A stretch of DNA of 64,000 bases, taken from contig JAGGAE010000001.1 in NCBI GenBank assembly GCA_017889725.1, positions 46,692-110,691 on the forward strand, read 5' to 3'. Below are positions 9,738 through 18,840 of this stretch, in pieces; position 1 is the first letter of the stretch, and each line of letters starts with the position of its first letter. The notes under the pieces are model-generated. The model ran no database searches. It saw nothing but the letters and a program-made list of their open reading frames with translations, and had not been told where the DNA came from. The position numbers were made by a program, and so were the translations under genes. This stretch comes from Bacillota bacterium (GTDB lineage: Bacteria > Bacillota > Negativicutes > Sporomusales > CTSoil-080).

Positions 9738-10598
9738 ATGTCGTCGCGCATATCTGATAAAATTGCTACTGCGGTAGCCTGGTTGGCAGCTTTTGCAATT
9801 CTAGGAATTTTGGCATCTTTTTTGCTCTATATGCTTTATAAAGGAATACCGGTATTAAGCCGGCAATTTATTACCGGGATGCCTAGCGATATTCGCGCCG
9901 GGGGCGGTGTTGGACCGGAATTGTTTAATTCGTTCTATATCTTATTCTTATCTATGGTTGTATCGTTTCCGGTGGCCTTGGGTGCAGGTATTTATTTAGC
10001 TGAGTATGCCAGGAAGAGCCGGGTAACTGATCTCATCCGGCTAAGTACGGAGAGTTTGGCTACCGTACCTTCTATCGTTTTGGGACTTTTTGGAATGATT
10101 GTCTTTATTAATTATATGGGATTGGGAATTACCATATTAAGCGGGGCACTGACCCTTTCTTTGCTCAATATACCGGTGTTGGTGCGGGTTACGGAGGAAT
10201 CTCTCCGAACGGTACCTGGCTATTACCGTGAAGCGAGCTTGGCGCTTGGAGCGACGAAATGGCAAACTATTTGGAGGGTTGTTTTACCGAATGCTTTACC
10301 CGGACTTATTACGGGCATTACGTTGACGGCCGGAAGGGCTATGGGAGAAACTGCGATACTAATTTTTACGGCGGGGACAACGGTATCGCGCCAGTTGGGG
10401 GATTTTGACGTGTTTGCAGCCGGGGAAACGTTGGCGGTACATTTGTGGTACGTCATGGGGATCGGGCTGGTGCCTGATCGTTTGGATATCGCCAATGGGA
10501 TTGGTGCGCTCCTTATTATTACCATCTTGCTATTTAACCTGGCCTTTACGATACCGGGCCGAATATTGCAAAAAAGAATGACCGGCTCACAGCATTAA
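9738..10598 (+). CDS. pstA: Phosphate ABC transporter permease PstA
   Basis: EAA loop TEESLRTVPGYYREASLALGATKWQT. The start abuts the pstC stop. Confidence 0.9.
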   Translation: MSSRISDKIATAVAWLAAFAILGILASFLLYMLYKGIPVLSRQFITGMPSDIRAGGGVGPELFNSFYILFLSMVVSFPVALGAGIYLAEYARKSRVTDLIRLSTESLATVPSIVLGLFGMIVFINYMGLGITILSGALTLSLLNIPVLVRVTEESLRTVPGYYREASLALGATKWQTIWRVVLPNALPGLITGITLTAGRAMGETAILIFTAGTTVSRQLGDFDVFAAGETLAVHLWYVMGIGLVPDRLDIANGIGALLIITILLFNLAFTIPGRILQKRMTGSQH

Positions 10599-10641
10599 AA
10601 TATACGGGGTTGTAATACTTTTTTGTTAAAAAAGTGATAAA

Positions 10642-10690
10642 GGGGCTGTGAATCACTTAGATATAAGTAATTCACAGCCCCTTTTATATT
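10642..10690 (+). terminator. Rho-independent terminator after pstA
   Basis: Stem ggggctgtgaat / attcacagcccc followed by a T run. Confidence 0.7.
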
Positions 10691-10799
10691 TTAAACAAAA
10701 CGTAACAAATAGTTAATATTGCATTGCTTTCGATGTGCTATTATATAGAAAAATAAAGGAAATATACGAGGAAACATTTTGTTAAAAGGGAGCAAAGCA

Positions 10800-12827
10800 A
10801 TGCGTGCATGTCTGATAACGGTATGGCGGAAACTAAGTGAAATAGCGGCTGCTTTTGGGAAACAGTTACAATCAATCAGTGTACGGATGACGTTATTTAC
10901 TGTGTTGTCGTGTGCCATACCTATGTGCCTGGCAGGCTGGTATTTTACCGACCAAATGGCGAACCGCCTTATACAAACGGCGCTGGATCGCAATGATAAG
11001 GTGGCGGAACGGGCGGCCGGAGATTTGAGTAGTTCGATTCGTAGTAAAATGAATTTCCTCACAGTAATGAGCAGCAAAGAGGAGCTAAGGCAGCTTGACT
11101 CTGCGAAAGCCGGGATATTCTTAAAACAATTGCAGCCCTTTTATGGGGGGAATGATGTTTTATTTTTTGCCAACAGGGAAGGACAGCAGATGGCACGTAC
11201 GGATGGAAAAACCGGCGTTAGTATTGCGGACCGCAGCTATTTTACGGAAGCTCTTAAAAGTGCACCAACCTTCTCCGACCCTTTGGCTAATGAAGGTACA
11301 GGGGGCTTGTCTCTGGTAGGGGCAGTACCGGTTTATGGGGAGAAAAATAGGGTTGTTGGTGTGCTGGGGGCCTATGTAACGATGGAAGGCATGTCCAACA
11401 TTGTAGAGCAGATATTGTCACAAAATCCGGGATATATAATAAAAGTAATTAACAAACAAAAGGTGCCAGTGATTGATCAGGCGGATGTAAATGCCGTTTT
11501 AAACCATCAGGTTATGGAAGGAGAGTTTTATCGGGAGGCGGTAGAAAAAGAATCGGGCAATTGCGTTGGGTTTTTTCGTGGGCAAGAGTATTTGATATCG
11601 TATCGGCCAGTCGGTGGAACAGAGTGGCTGATAATTACATTTTACCCGAAAGCAGCGGTGCTTAATGAAGCGTACGGTATGGTTGTGCGCAGTATTCTGG
11701 TAATGGCCGCTCTAATTCTACTGGTTTCGGTTATAGGATTTCTTAATGTCCGACGAGCTTTATCCTCTCTCAGGTATTTAGACATAGGAGCCAGAAGAGT
11801 CGCTAGCGGGGATTTAACTTATGAGCTTTCCATCAGTACGAGGGATGAAATCGGTCATGTTTCCGGCGCTTTTAATTGTATGACCGATAGTTTACGGCAG
11901 TTGGTAAGCTCGGTTAAACAATCTGTGGTTTTGATGGCGGATGCGTCTTGCAAGGTGAACGAGGCGGCTGAACAGTCCAGTTCTGTTGCGGGTAAAGTTG
12001 TATACGCTATTCGTGAGATGGCGGAAAAGATAGCAGGGCAGAGTGAGGAAACAAGTGCTACTGAAATTTTGTTGTGTGACTTGGTTTCGACAAGTAGTAA
12101 GGTTTCAAACAGTATTAATGAGGTTTCCGTTGCAACCGGGCAGGCGGGATCCGTAGTGGTAGAAGGCGAAAAAGTGGTAGATCAAACAGTGAATAAAATG
12201 CAGCAGCTTAAAGAAGGGGTGACGGCTTGCGCGGCTAAGATAAAATTTTTAGACCGTAGTGCGTTGGAAATCGGGGATATAAGCGGAATGATTACCGGTA
12301 TTGCCAAGCAAACGAATTTGCTAGCGTTAAATGCGGCGATTGAAGCAGCCCGGGCGGGGGAGAGCGGAAAAGGCTTCGCGGTCGTGGCGGATGAGGTTAG
12401 GATGTTAGCGGAACAATCGGCTGAGTCTGCAAAAGGGATTACTATGCTGATTAAAAATATACAAACAGAAACAGCGGCGCTGGTGGCCGCTGTTGAGGAA
12501 AGTTTTATTCAGGCTGAACAAGGTGCAGTAGTTGCTTCCGGGCTGAAAACAATGTTTAGCCAGATTGTCCAGGCGATTGAACATGTAGACGACCAGGCGG
12601 GAACTATTAGTCAGCAGACGGAAAAACAGATGGGAGTTTGTCAGGCGGCGCTTGCTGCGGTAGCAAAAATTAATCGTCTGTCCGGGGAAAATAGTGCCAG
12701 TACCCAGGAAATTGTTGCAGCCTGCGAAGAGCAGGCTGCAACAAGTCAAAACATCACCAAATCGCTTCTAGAACTGGATAATATGGCTAATCAACTGCAA
12801 CAGAGTGTTACTCGTTTTCGGGGGTAG
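10800..12827 (+). CDS. Methyl-accepting chemotaxis protein (Cache-type sensor, HAMP, MA domain)
   Basis: Two TM segments flank a periplasmic Cache-like region. HAMP segment: [11 protein letters not shown]. Conserved hairpin tip: [40 protein letters not shown]. The ORF opens at 10779; ATG 10800 has a GGGAG SD. Confidence 0.9.
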   Translation: MRACLITVWRKLSEIAAAFGKQLQSISVRMTLFTVLSCAIPMCLAGWYFTDQMANRLIQTALDRNDKVAERAAGDLSSSIRSKMNFLTVMSSKEELRQLDSAKAGIFLKQLQPFYGGNDVLFFANREGQQMARTDGKTGVSIADRSYFTEALKSAPTFSDPLANEGTGGLSLVGAVPVYGEKNRVVGVLGAYVTMEGMSNIVEQILSQNPGYIIKVINKQKVPVIDQADVNAVLNHQVMEGEFYREAVEKESGNCVGFFRGQEYLISYRPVGGTEWLIITFYPKAAVLNEAYGMVVRSILVMAALILLVSVIGFLNVRRALSSLRYLDIGARRVASGDLTYELSISTRDEIGHVSGAFNCMTDSLRQLVSSVKQSVVLMADASCKVNEAAEQSSSVAGKVVYAIREMAEKIAGQSEETSATEILLCDLVSTSSKVSNSINEVSVATGQAGSVVVEGEKVVDQTVNKMQQLKEGVTACAAKIKFLDRSALEIGDISGMITGIAKQTNLLALNAAIEAARAGESGKGFAVVADEVRMLAEQSAESAKGITMLIKNIQTETAALVAAVEESFIQAEQGAVVASGLKTMFSQIVQAIEHVDDQAGTISQQTEKQMGVCQAALAAVAKINRLSGENSASTQEIVAACEEQAATSQNITKSLLELDNMANQLQQSVTRFRG

Positions 12828-13272
12828 GTTCATTGGTTTTTACGATAAGCGTGGGGCAGGATGCGTAGTGAACTACGTGATTGCTTACGCTGCCGAGAAG
12901 AAAGCCGGCGAAACTGTTTAAGCCGCGGCGTCCCATGACAATTAGGGAGTAGTTTTCTTTATAGGCGATTTCAACAGTGACTTTTCCGGGAGGTCCATAT
13001 TCCATACGGGTATTGATTTTGCCGGAATAATCCGGTAAGGCTGCCAGGGTTTTTTCCAGTACCAATTCCCCGCCCTTTTCGATGTTGTTGAGAATGGAAC
13101 GAGGCAGCGTAACGGATTCGGATACGCTGAAAGTCGGCATATCATAATAGTTTTGAATGATGTGCAGTAAGGTAATTTCACTGTCAAACTTTTCGCCGAG
13201 TGTTAGAGCATATTTCGCGGCCTTCAGAGCCATAGCTGAACCGTCGGTGGGAACTAAAATTTTTGTTAACAT
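12808..13272 (-). CDS. Universal stress protein (UspA family)
   Basis: KILVPTDGS ... [10 protein letters not shown] ... [27 protein letters not shown] precedes the ATG at 13272. The 3' end overlaps the chemoreceptor gene by 20 nt. Confidence 0.85.
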   Translation of the reverse strand: MLTKILVPTDGSAMALKAAKYALTLGEKFDSEITLLHIIQNYYDMPTFSVSESVTLPRSILNNIEKGGELVLEKTLAALPDYSGKINTRMEYGPPGKVTVEIAYKENYSLIVMGRRGLNSFAGFLLGSVSNHVVHYASCPTLIVKTNEPTPENE

Positions 13273-13443
13273 GAAAATCCCTCCCATTAGTCAATAGTTA
13301 ACTATTCGATTTTTCTTTTTACATATCCTGCCTTCCAAGGTTAATTACTAATGTAGTGCTGCATGGAAAATCGGAATGAGTATTCTAAAAAACAGAACTG
13401 CGCGAAAATTTGTTACCCTAAATGGAAATAAGTGATTGAGACT

Positions 13444-13492
13444 AAAGAAAAACGCAGTCAGTTCGGATGCCCGAGTGACTGCGTTTTTCTTT
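13444..13492 (-). terminator. Strong terminator hairpin downstream of the LuxR-type gene
   Basis: Perfect 17-bp stem aaagaaaaacgcagtca / tgactgcgtttttcttt. Confidence 0.65.
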
Positions 13493-13502
13493 AGTAAACC
13501 AG

Positions 13503-14918
13503 CTAGGAGGGCGGGATTTCTTCAAATAGAGTGAGTAATTCCTGGCGGTTGTTAACATCAAGTTTTTGGTAGATGTTTCGAGTATGATATTTTACCGTGT
13601 TGGCGGAGATATTTAATGCCTCACTGATAAATTTACCGCTGCGTCCTTTTAAGATGAGATGCAAAACGGCTTTTTCCCGTTCGGTTAATATTTTCGGTAC
13701 TTTGGGAGAGGGGAGAAAAATGGTAGGTTCAGGTTTTGCTTGCGGGGAGGCAGGCTTCGGTTCGGAATCCAAAAGGGTTTGCCAGCCGGAAAAAGTTTCG
13801 GATTTGTCCTGAAAAATGAAAACAAGTAAAACGGATAGTATCCCGGCAATGAGGGATAGATTTCCCAAACTTATTCCCCCGGATATAAGACTTGCTATTC
13901 CAGGGACAAGCTGATTGCCTACCCAAATAGAGACGGTTGTTAAGAAAAGGCCAAAGGCGCATACTGCTGCCGGACGTGTGGAAAACTGGGCGAAATAGGG
14001 GAAAATCAGCCAGGTGTACATGTCGAATAAAGCCAGACCGGCTTGAAGCAATAAAAAGGATAACGGGGCGAAGGTATCTCCCTGGGAGGAGAAAAGCAAA
14101 AAGCCGGTGGATAGTAGAGGCAAAACCGGTTTGTAGATATACCGTAAATCAAGGTTTTGGTATTTGTATAGGAAATAGCCGGCAATCAGGCAGGCGATAC
14201 AGTAGGCAGTGTTAGAAAAGACGAACATATCGACAAAGGACTGATTGAGACTAATGATGGTGAACATGGTGCCACCAATCGGATAAAGCGATAAAATGAG
14301 TAATGTAAGTTTTACAGGAAACGGATTTGTGGAGTCTGTTTGGGCGAACCCGGTAGAAGGAAGGTTTGTACATAGACGGATTTGGTGAAATAGCAGTACC
14401 AGAGAAATGAGGGGGAAAACAGAAACAAAGAATAATCCTACATAGGGATTGATCATTCCGCCAAGAATGGTAACTGTTCCGGCGATAACCATGGAAAAAG
14501 CAAAAGAGAGGCTGAGTTTCTGGATACCCAAAAAGCTGAAGGTTTGCATCCAGGCGACCATAAAAGGAGCCTCTGCGATCCCGCTAATGGCGGCAAGTAT
14601 AGTAACTGTTGCGGGGGTGATTACAAAGGTATTGGCAAGAACGGCGGTCAGAAGAGGACAGGCGGCAAGCAGTATCGCCGAGCCCGTCAGCAGATGTTTT
14701 TTGTCAAAGGTAGTTTTAAGGCGAATTATTTTCGACAAGGTAAAGTATGTAACCCAAGCGGCTAGCATAAACCAATAAAAGGCGCTGTCCGGACTCGCGT
14801 GCCACAATTCGGTAAAAGGAAAAAGGAGAGGTCCTTGTAAATAAAATAGCCAAAGCCAACTGATAATGAGGCCAAACCCAATACTGCGAGTGTACATGGA
14901 CATGCCACCTCCTGCCAA
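13503..14918 (-). CDS. Polytopic membrane protein with a C-terminal LuxR/GerE-type HTH (membrane one-component regulator)
   Basis: About 390 aa of hydrophobic helices (about 12), a Pro/Lys-rich linker, then LTEREKAVLHLILKGRSGKFISEALNISANTVKYHTRNIYQKL. Confidence 0.75.
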   Translation of the reverse strand: MAGGGMSMYTRSIGFGLIISWLWLFYLQGPLLFPFTELWHASPDSAFYWFMLAAWVTYFTLSKIIRLKTTFDKKHLLTGSAILLAACPLLTAVLANTFVITPATVTILAAISGIAEAPFMVAWMQTFSFLGIQKLSLSFAFSMVIAGTVTILGGMINPYVGLFFVSVFPLISLVLLFHQIRLCTNLPSTGFAQTDSTNPFPVKLTLLILSLYPIGGTMFTIISLNQSFVDMFVFSNTAYCIACLIAGYFLYKYQNLDLRYIYKPVLPLLSTGFLLFSSQGDTFAPLSFLLLQAGLALFDMYTWLIFPYFAQFSTRPAAVCAFGLFLTTVSIWVGNQLVPGIASLISGGISLGNLSLIAGILSVLLVFIFQDKSETFSGWQTLLDSEPKPASPQAKPEPTIFLPSPKVPKILTEREKAVLHLILKGRSGKFISEALNISANTVKYHTRNIYQKLDVNNRQELLTLFEEIPPS

Positions 14919-15187
14919 AATTGGTTCGAAATTTGAAGCGGTTAATTTTGATACAATTTTTTGATTTAGTTATAAAAAAGCTGCCTATTGAAATTGAGAA
15001 AATCAATTGCAACCTGGCAGTCATAGATAGTATCCTTAGACCCATGGCTTTGCGCCCTTATTTTTCAATAAGTTTGCCCTATGAAGTTATTTAAATTGTA
15101 TCATTCGACAGAAAAAACAGCTATCCTTTTGAAGATGCTGTTTTTATTATAGGTTGCGTCTAAAGCATGTGTGTTAAACGCATGCGC

Positions 15188-16120
15188 TTAGGTTTCGGCT
15201 ATAATTTTTCCGGTTGCGCTTAAGTCGTAACCGCCCATACCGGCAATTTCATTATGAAAACTGGCTGATTTGAGTATGGATAAGAGTGCCTGGAAGGGCG
15301 GTTTGGCAGTGTCCTCTTTGCGGATAACCAGGTCGTAGCGTTCTTTTTGCAGCGGGACAAAGTCAATGCCCTGGACTTGAAGGGCCGCCTTTTCTATGCC
15401 AATACCGACATCGGCCATTCCTCTGGCAACAGAACTGGCTACAGCTAAATGACTCATTTCTTCATCCTGGTATCCCTGAATGCTTTGGTGATCTATGCCC
15501 AGCAGGCGGAGTTTTTCGTCAAGCAGCACTCGGGCACCCGAGCCAGGTTCGCGGTTGACAAATTTTACTTCAGGCCTGGTTAGATCTTCCCAGCCTTGGA
15601 TGGCCTTCGGGTTGCCGTTGGCTACGTAAAAGCCTTCCTGGCGGTAGGCCAGGTTAATGATTACAGTACGGTGACCGGGCAGAATACGGCGGATGTAAGG
15701 AATGTTATAGCTATCTGTATCCGAGTCCCACAAATGGGTGGTGACGGCGTTGGCAGTGCCTCGGTATAGGGCTAGTAGCCCGTCTAGGCTGCCGCTGTGG
15801 TTGCGAAGAAAGGGTACATGAGGCATCTGTCTTTCTAAGTGGCGGGTTAAAATGTCGAGGATAATATCCTGTCCGCAAAGGATGATTCCATCAAGGGGAG
15901 AGGTCTGAACCGGTGAGGTGAATTCGTTTGGCGACGAGACCATCCCAGTGCCCTTGGAAATTTTTATATAGTTTTCCAGGTCGGGTGATTCCACGCGTAC
16001 TTTGCGTCCTATGTGATAGGCTGGAAGATCGCCGCGTTTAATCATTTCGTAAACTGTGAAGCGGGAAATTTTTAATATTTTTGCTACTTCCTCCGGCGTA
16101 TAGGAAACAGTTTCGTTCAT
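15188..16120 (-). CDS. Excisionase/MerR-type HTH fused to a periplasmic-binding-protein-like (molybdate/tungstate-type) domain; putative mod regulator
   Basis: N-terminus YTPEEVAKILKISRFTVYEMIKRGDLPAYHIGRKVRV. C-terminal PBP-like fold (NREPGSGARVLLD). Divergent from modABC. Confidence 0.7.
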   Translation of the reverse strand: MNETVSYTPEEVAKILKISRFTVYEMIKRGDLPAYHIGRKVRVESPDLENYIKISKGTGMVSSPNEFTSPVQTSPLDGIILCGQDIILDILTRHLERQMPHVPFLRNHSGSLDGLLALYRGTANAVTTHLWDSDTDSYNIPYIRRILPGHRTVIINLAYRQEGFYVANGNPKAIQGWEDLTRPEVKFVNREPGSGARVLLDEKLRLLGIDHQSIQGYQDEEMSHLAVASSVARGMADVGIGIEKAALQVQGIDFVPLQKERYDLVIRKEDTAKPPFQALLSILKSASFHNEIAGMGGYDLSATGKIIAET

Positions 16121-16409
16121 AGCAACACCTCATTATTTCATTCAATCCCGGGTCATTCCAGAAGGTAACTAAAATCAATTAATTTATTGTAAGACTGCCT
16201 TGCAAAAAGATAACTGTAAATAGTATAATAACATCATATTAAGTAAGCTTGGTTTTGTTTGTTCGTGTTAGTTGGAATTTATTTTTGCACTTGCTTGTAC
16301 TACTATTAATTGTAATTTCTTGACCATGATGTGTCAACTAACATAGTGACAGGGACTATGTCGGTTGGCTTTTGTTATTATTACAGTGGATTAAGGAGGA
16401 AGAGAAGAA

Positions 16410-17195
16410 GTGAAAAAGTGGTTATCTTTGGTTATGGTAGTGGCAATTTTTGCACTGGCAGGTTGCGGTGGGGTTAAGGAACAGGAGCAGCCGCAGGCAA
16501 AAATCGAACTAAATGTTTCGGCTGCCGTCAGTATGAAAGATGCTTTAACTGAAATTCAAAAAAATTATCAGGCAAAGAACCCCAATGTAACACTGGTATA
16601 TAACCTGGGAGCTTCCGGAACGTTGGCAAAACAAATTGAAGAAGGCGCTCCGGCAGACATTTTTATTTCGGCTGCAACCAAACAGATGGATGATTTAGCA
16701 GCCAAGAATTTAGTTGATAAAGCTTCTATCAAAAATCTTTTGGAGAATAAGTTAGTATTGATTACCGGAAAGGACTCGACGCTACCGATACATGCGTTTG
16801 AAGATTTGGTGTCAGATAAGGTCACGAAATTCGCAATGGGGGAACCTTCCGTTGTTCCTGCAGGGCAGTATGCGCAAGAAGCATTGAATAAGCTTGGTAT
16901 TTGGACAACTGTCCAGGCCAAAGCGGTACAGGGGAAAGATGTGCGCACGGTGCTTGCCTATGTGGAGACTGGAAATGTGGAAGCGGGGATTGTGTATAAA
17001 ACGGATGCCGCCAGCAGTGATAAGGTGAAGATCGTGGCTACTGCCGCTGACGGGACACACAAACCTATTGTATATCCGGCAGCTGTTTTGGCAGGCGCTA
17101 AAGACAAAAAGGCGGCCGCTGACTTCCTGCTTTATTTAACAGGGCCGGAAAGTAAAGCTATCTTTGAAAAGTATGGATTTACCGTAAGTAACTAA
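16410..17195 (+). CDS. modA: Molybdate ABC transporter substrate-binding lipoprotein ModA
   Basis: Lipobox LAGCGG. ModA pattern: VSAAVSMKDAL ... NLGASGTLAKQIEEGAPADIFISA ... VPAGQYA ... GIVYKTDA. Confidence 0.9.
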   Translation: MKKWLSLVMVVAIFALAGCGGVKEQEQPQAKIELNVSAAVSMKDALTEIQKNYQAKNPNVTLVYNLGASGTLAKQIEEGAPADIFISAATKQMDDLAAKNLVDKASIKNLLENKLVLITGKDSTLPIHAFEDLVSDKVTKFAMGEPSVVPAGQYAQEALNKLGIWTTVQAKAVQGKDVRTVLAYVETGNVEAGIVYKTDAASSDKVKIVATAADGTHKPIVYPAAVLAGAKDKKAAADFLLYLTGPESKAIFEKYGFTVSN

Positions 17196-17226
17196 TGTAA
17201 AGCCTGCCAATAAAAGGAGAACACGG

Positions 17227-17913
17227 ATGATTGAGTGGCAGCCAGTGTTTTTGTCTATAAAAGTTGCAGTTATGTCTTTACTTATTGTCTCCGTGATTGG
17301 AACCGGGAGTGCTTACGCTATGCGTAGATGGGATTTTCCGGCTAAGGCGGGATTGGAAGCTATTTTTACATTACCGTTGGTATTACCGCCGGTAGTGACA
17401 GGCTTTTTGCTCTTACTTCTTGTTGGTAAACATGGACCTATAGGGCATGTGCTTGGTGAGTGGTTCCAAATCCAAATTGTATTTACGCCGTATGCCGCCA
17501 TCCTTGCCGGTGCAGTTGTAGCCTTTCCTCTTATGTATCAGAGTGCCAAAGCCGCTTTCTGCGGGGTGGATTATCAGTTGGAGGATGCCGCTAGGACGCT
17601 TGGGGCTGGTGAATGGAGAGTGTTTTGGACGGTGACTCTGCCGTTGGCCTGGCCAGGGTTTGTTGCCGGCTTGGTGTTGTCATTCGCCAGGGCTTTGGGG
17701 GAATTTGGGGCGACGATCATGGTAGCGGGAAATATCCCAGGAAAAACGCAAACATTGCCGTTGGCTATTTATTTTGCCGCTGAGTCAAATGATCTTACTA
17801 AAGCTGGTCTTTATGTGCTGATTATCAGTGTGATTACCTTTTTATCGGTTTATTGGCTCAATGTTTGGACAAAAAGAAAGATCAAGACGTCTGATTACAG
17901 GAGGATGTTTTGA
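17227..17913 (+). CDS. modB: Molybdate ABC transporter permease ModB
   Basis: EAA loop EDAARTLGAGEWRVFWTVTLPLA and FGATIMVAGNIPGKTQTLPLAIY. Confidence 0.9.
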   Translation: MIEWQPVFLSIKVAVMSLLIVSVIGTGSAYAMRRWDFPAKAGLEAIFTLPLVLPPVVTGFLLLLLVGKHGPIGHVLGEWFQIQIVFTPYAAILAGAVVAFPLMYQSAKAAFCGVDYQLEDAARTLGAGEWRVFWTVTLPLAWPGFVAGLVLSFARALGEFGATIMVAGNIPGKTQTLPLAIYFAAESNDLTKAGLYVLIISVITFLSVYWLNVWTKRKIKTSDYRRMF

Positions 17914-18581
17914 TGCTGACGGTTAACATTACAAAAGGTTTGGCTGATTTTACATTACGTCTCAAGTTTTCTGTGGAAAATAATATTTTAGTGCTGTTTG
18001 GTCCTTCAGGATGCGGAAAAACAACTACGTTGCGCTGCATTGCGGGGTTGATGAACCCGGATGAAGGAACGATAACTTTTGGTCAAAAGGTTTTCTTTTC
18101 CCAGACTGATAGAACTTCTGTGCCGCCCAAAGATAGAAAGATCGGGTATATGTTTCAGGATTACGCGCTCTTTCCTCATCTTAATGTTGAGAGTAATATC
18201 TGGTATGGGGCAACGAAAAAGTGTAGCAATTCCAATCGAAATTTTGAAAATCTGGTAGACTTATTGAAAATCGGGCGTCTTATCAAACGTCCCATCCACC
18301 AGCTTTCTGGCGGTGAGAAACAGCGAGTGGCATTAGCTCGTGCGCTAATGGCAGAACCTAATTTATTGCTTTTGGACGAACCTTTCTCGGCGCTGGATAT
18401 GGAAACCCGGCTGGAATTACGAGGCGAATTAAAAAGAATTCAGGCGGTATCATCTATCCCTTTTGTGTTGGTGACGCATGATATACAGGAAGCGAGGGCT
18501 ATGGCGGATAAGGTGCTGTTTCTTAATCAGGGGCAGGAAGTGGCACCGCCAGTCTATTGGAACGAGTGCCAGTGCAAATAG
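17910..18581 (+). CDS. modC: Molybdate ABC transporter ATP-binding protein ModC (short form, no TOBE domain)
   Basis: Walker A GPSGCGKTT, signature LSGGEKQRVALARAL, Walker B LLLLDEPFSALD. Only 223 aa. Overlaps the modB stop by 4 nt. Confidence 0.85.
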   Translation: MMLTVNITKGLADFTLRLKFSVENNILVLFGPSGCGKTTTLRCIAGLMNPDEGTITFGQKVFFSQTDRTSVPPKDRKIGYMFQDYALFPHLNVESNIWYGATKKCSNSNRNFENLVDLLKIGRLIKRPIHQLSGGEKQRVALARALMAEPNLLLLDEPFSALDMETRLELRGELKRIQAVSSIPFVLVTHDIQEARAMADKVLFLNQGQEVAPPVYWNECQCK

Positions 18582-18600
18582 GATAAGGTTTTATAAGGTG

Positions 18601-18653
18601 AATAATTCGACTGCTGCTAATGTGTTAAGGCAATAGCGGCAGTCGAATTATTT
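18601..18653 (+). terminator. Rho-independent terminator after modC
   Basis: Stem aataattcgactgctgc / gcggcagtcgaattatt followed by T residues. Confidence 0.7.
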
Positions 18654-18840
18654 ATAAGCGGAAGAAGACGAATGGTTTTGGTCATTTGCGCCAATAGTAT
18701 AACAATGGGCTATAAGTGGCCGTTACGGTGGGGAATTTCTGGACACTGTTCTTAAGGCAGTGTATAATAGTCAGACCACTATTTTTAAGGGGTGGGTTTA
18801 GCTACTATATATTTTGGGGTTTATTTGAACTAAGGGAGCG

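Noticed and set aside
10691-11077. A 128-aa minus-strand ORF overlapping the chemoreceptor start. Similar embedded ORFs occur inside pstC, pstA, modA, lysR, the P-type ATPase and other genes.
   Set aside because: All are antisense or out-of-frame overlaps of genes with clear family signatures, and none has an SD or a recognisable motif.
16140-16409. An expected Moco riboswitch upstream of modA.
   Set aside because: No Moco-motif core sequences are visible in the leader. Regulation is more likely protein-based.
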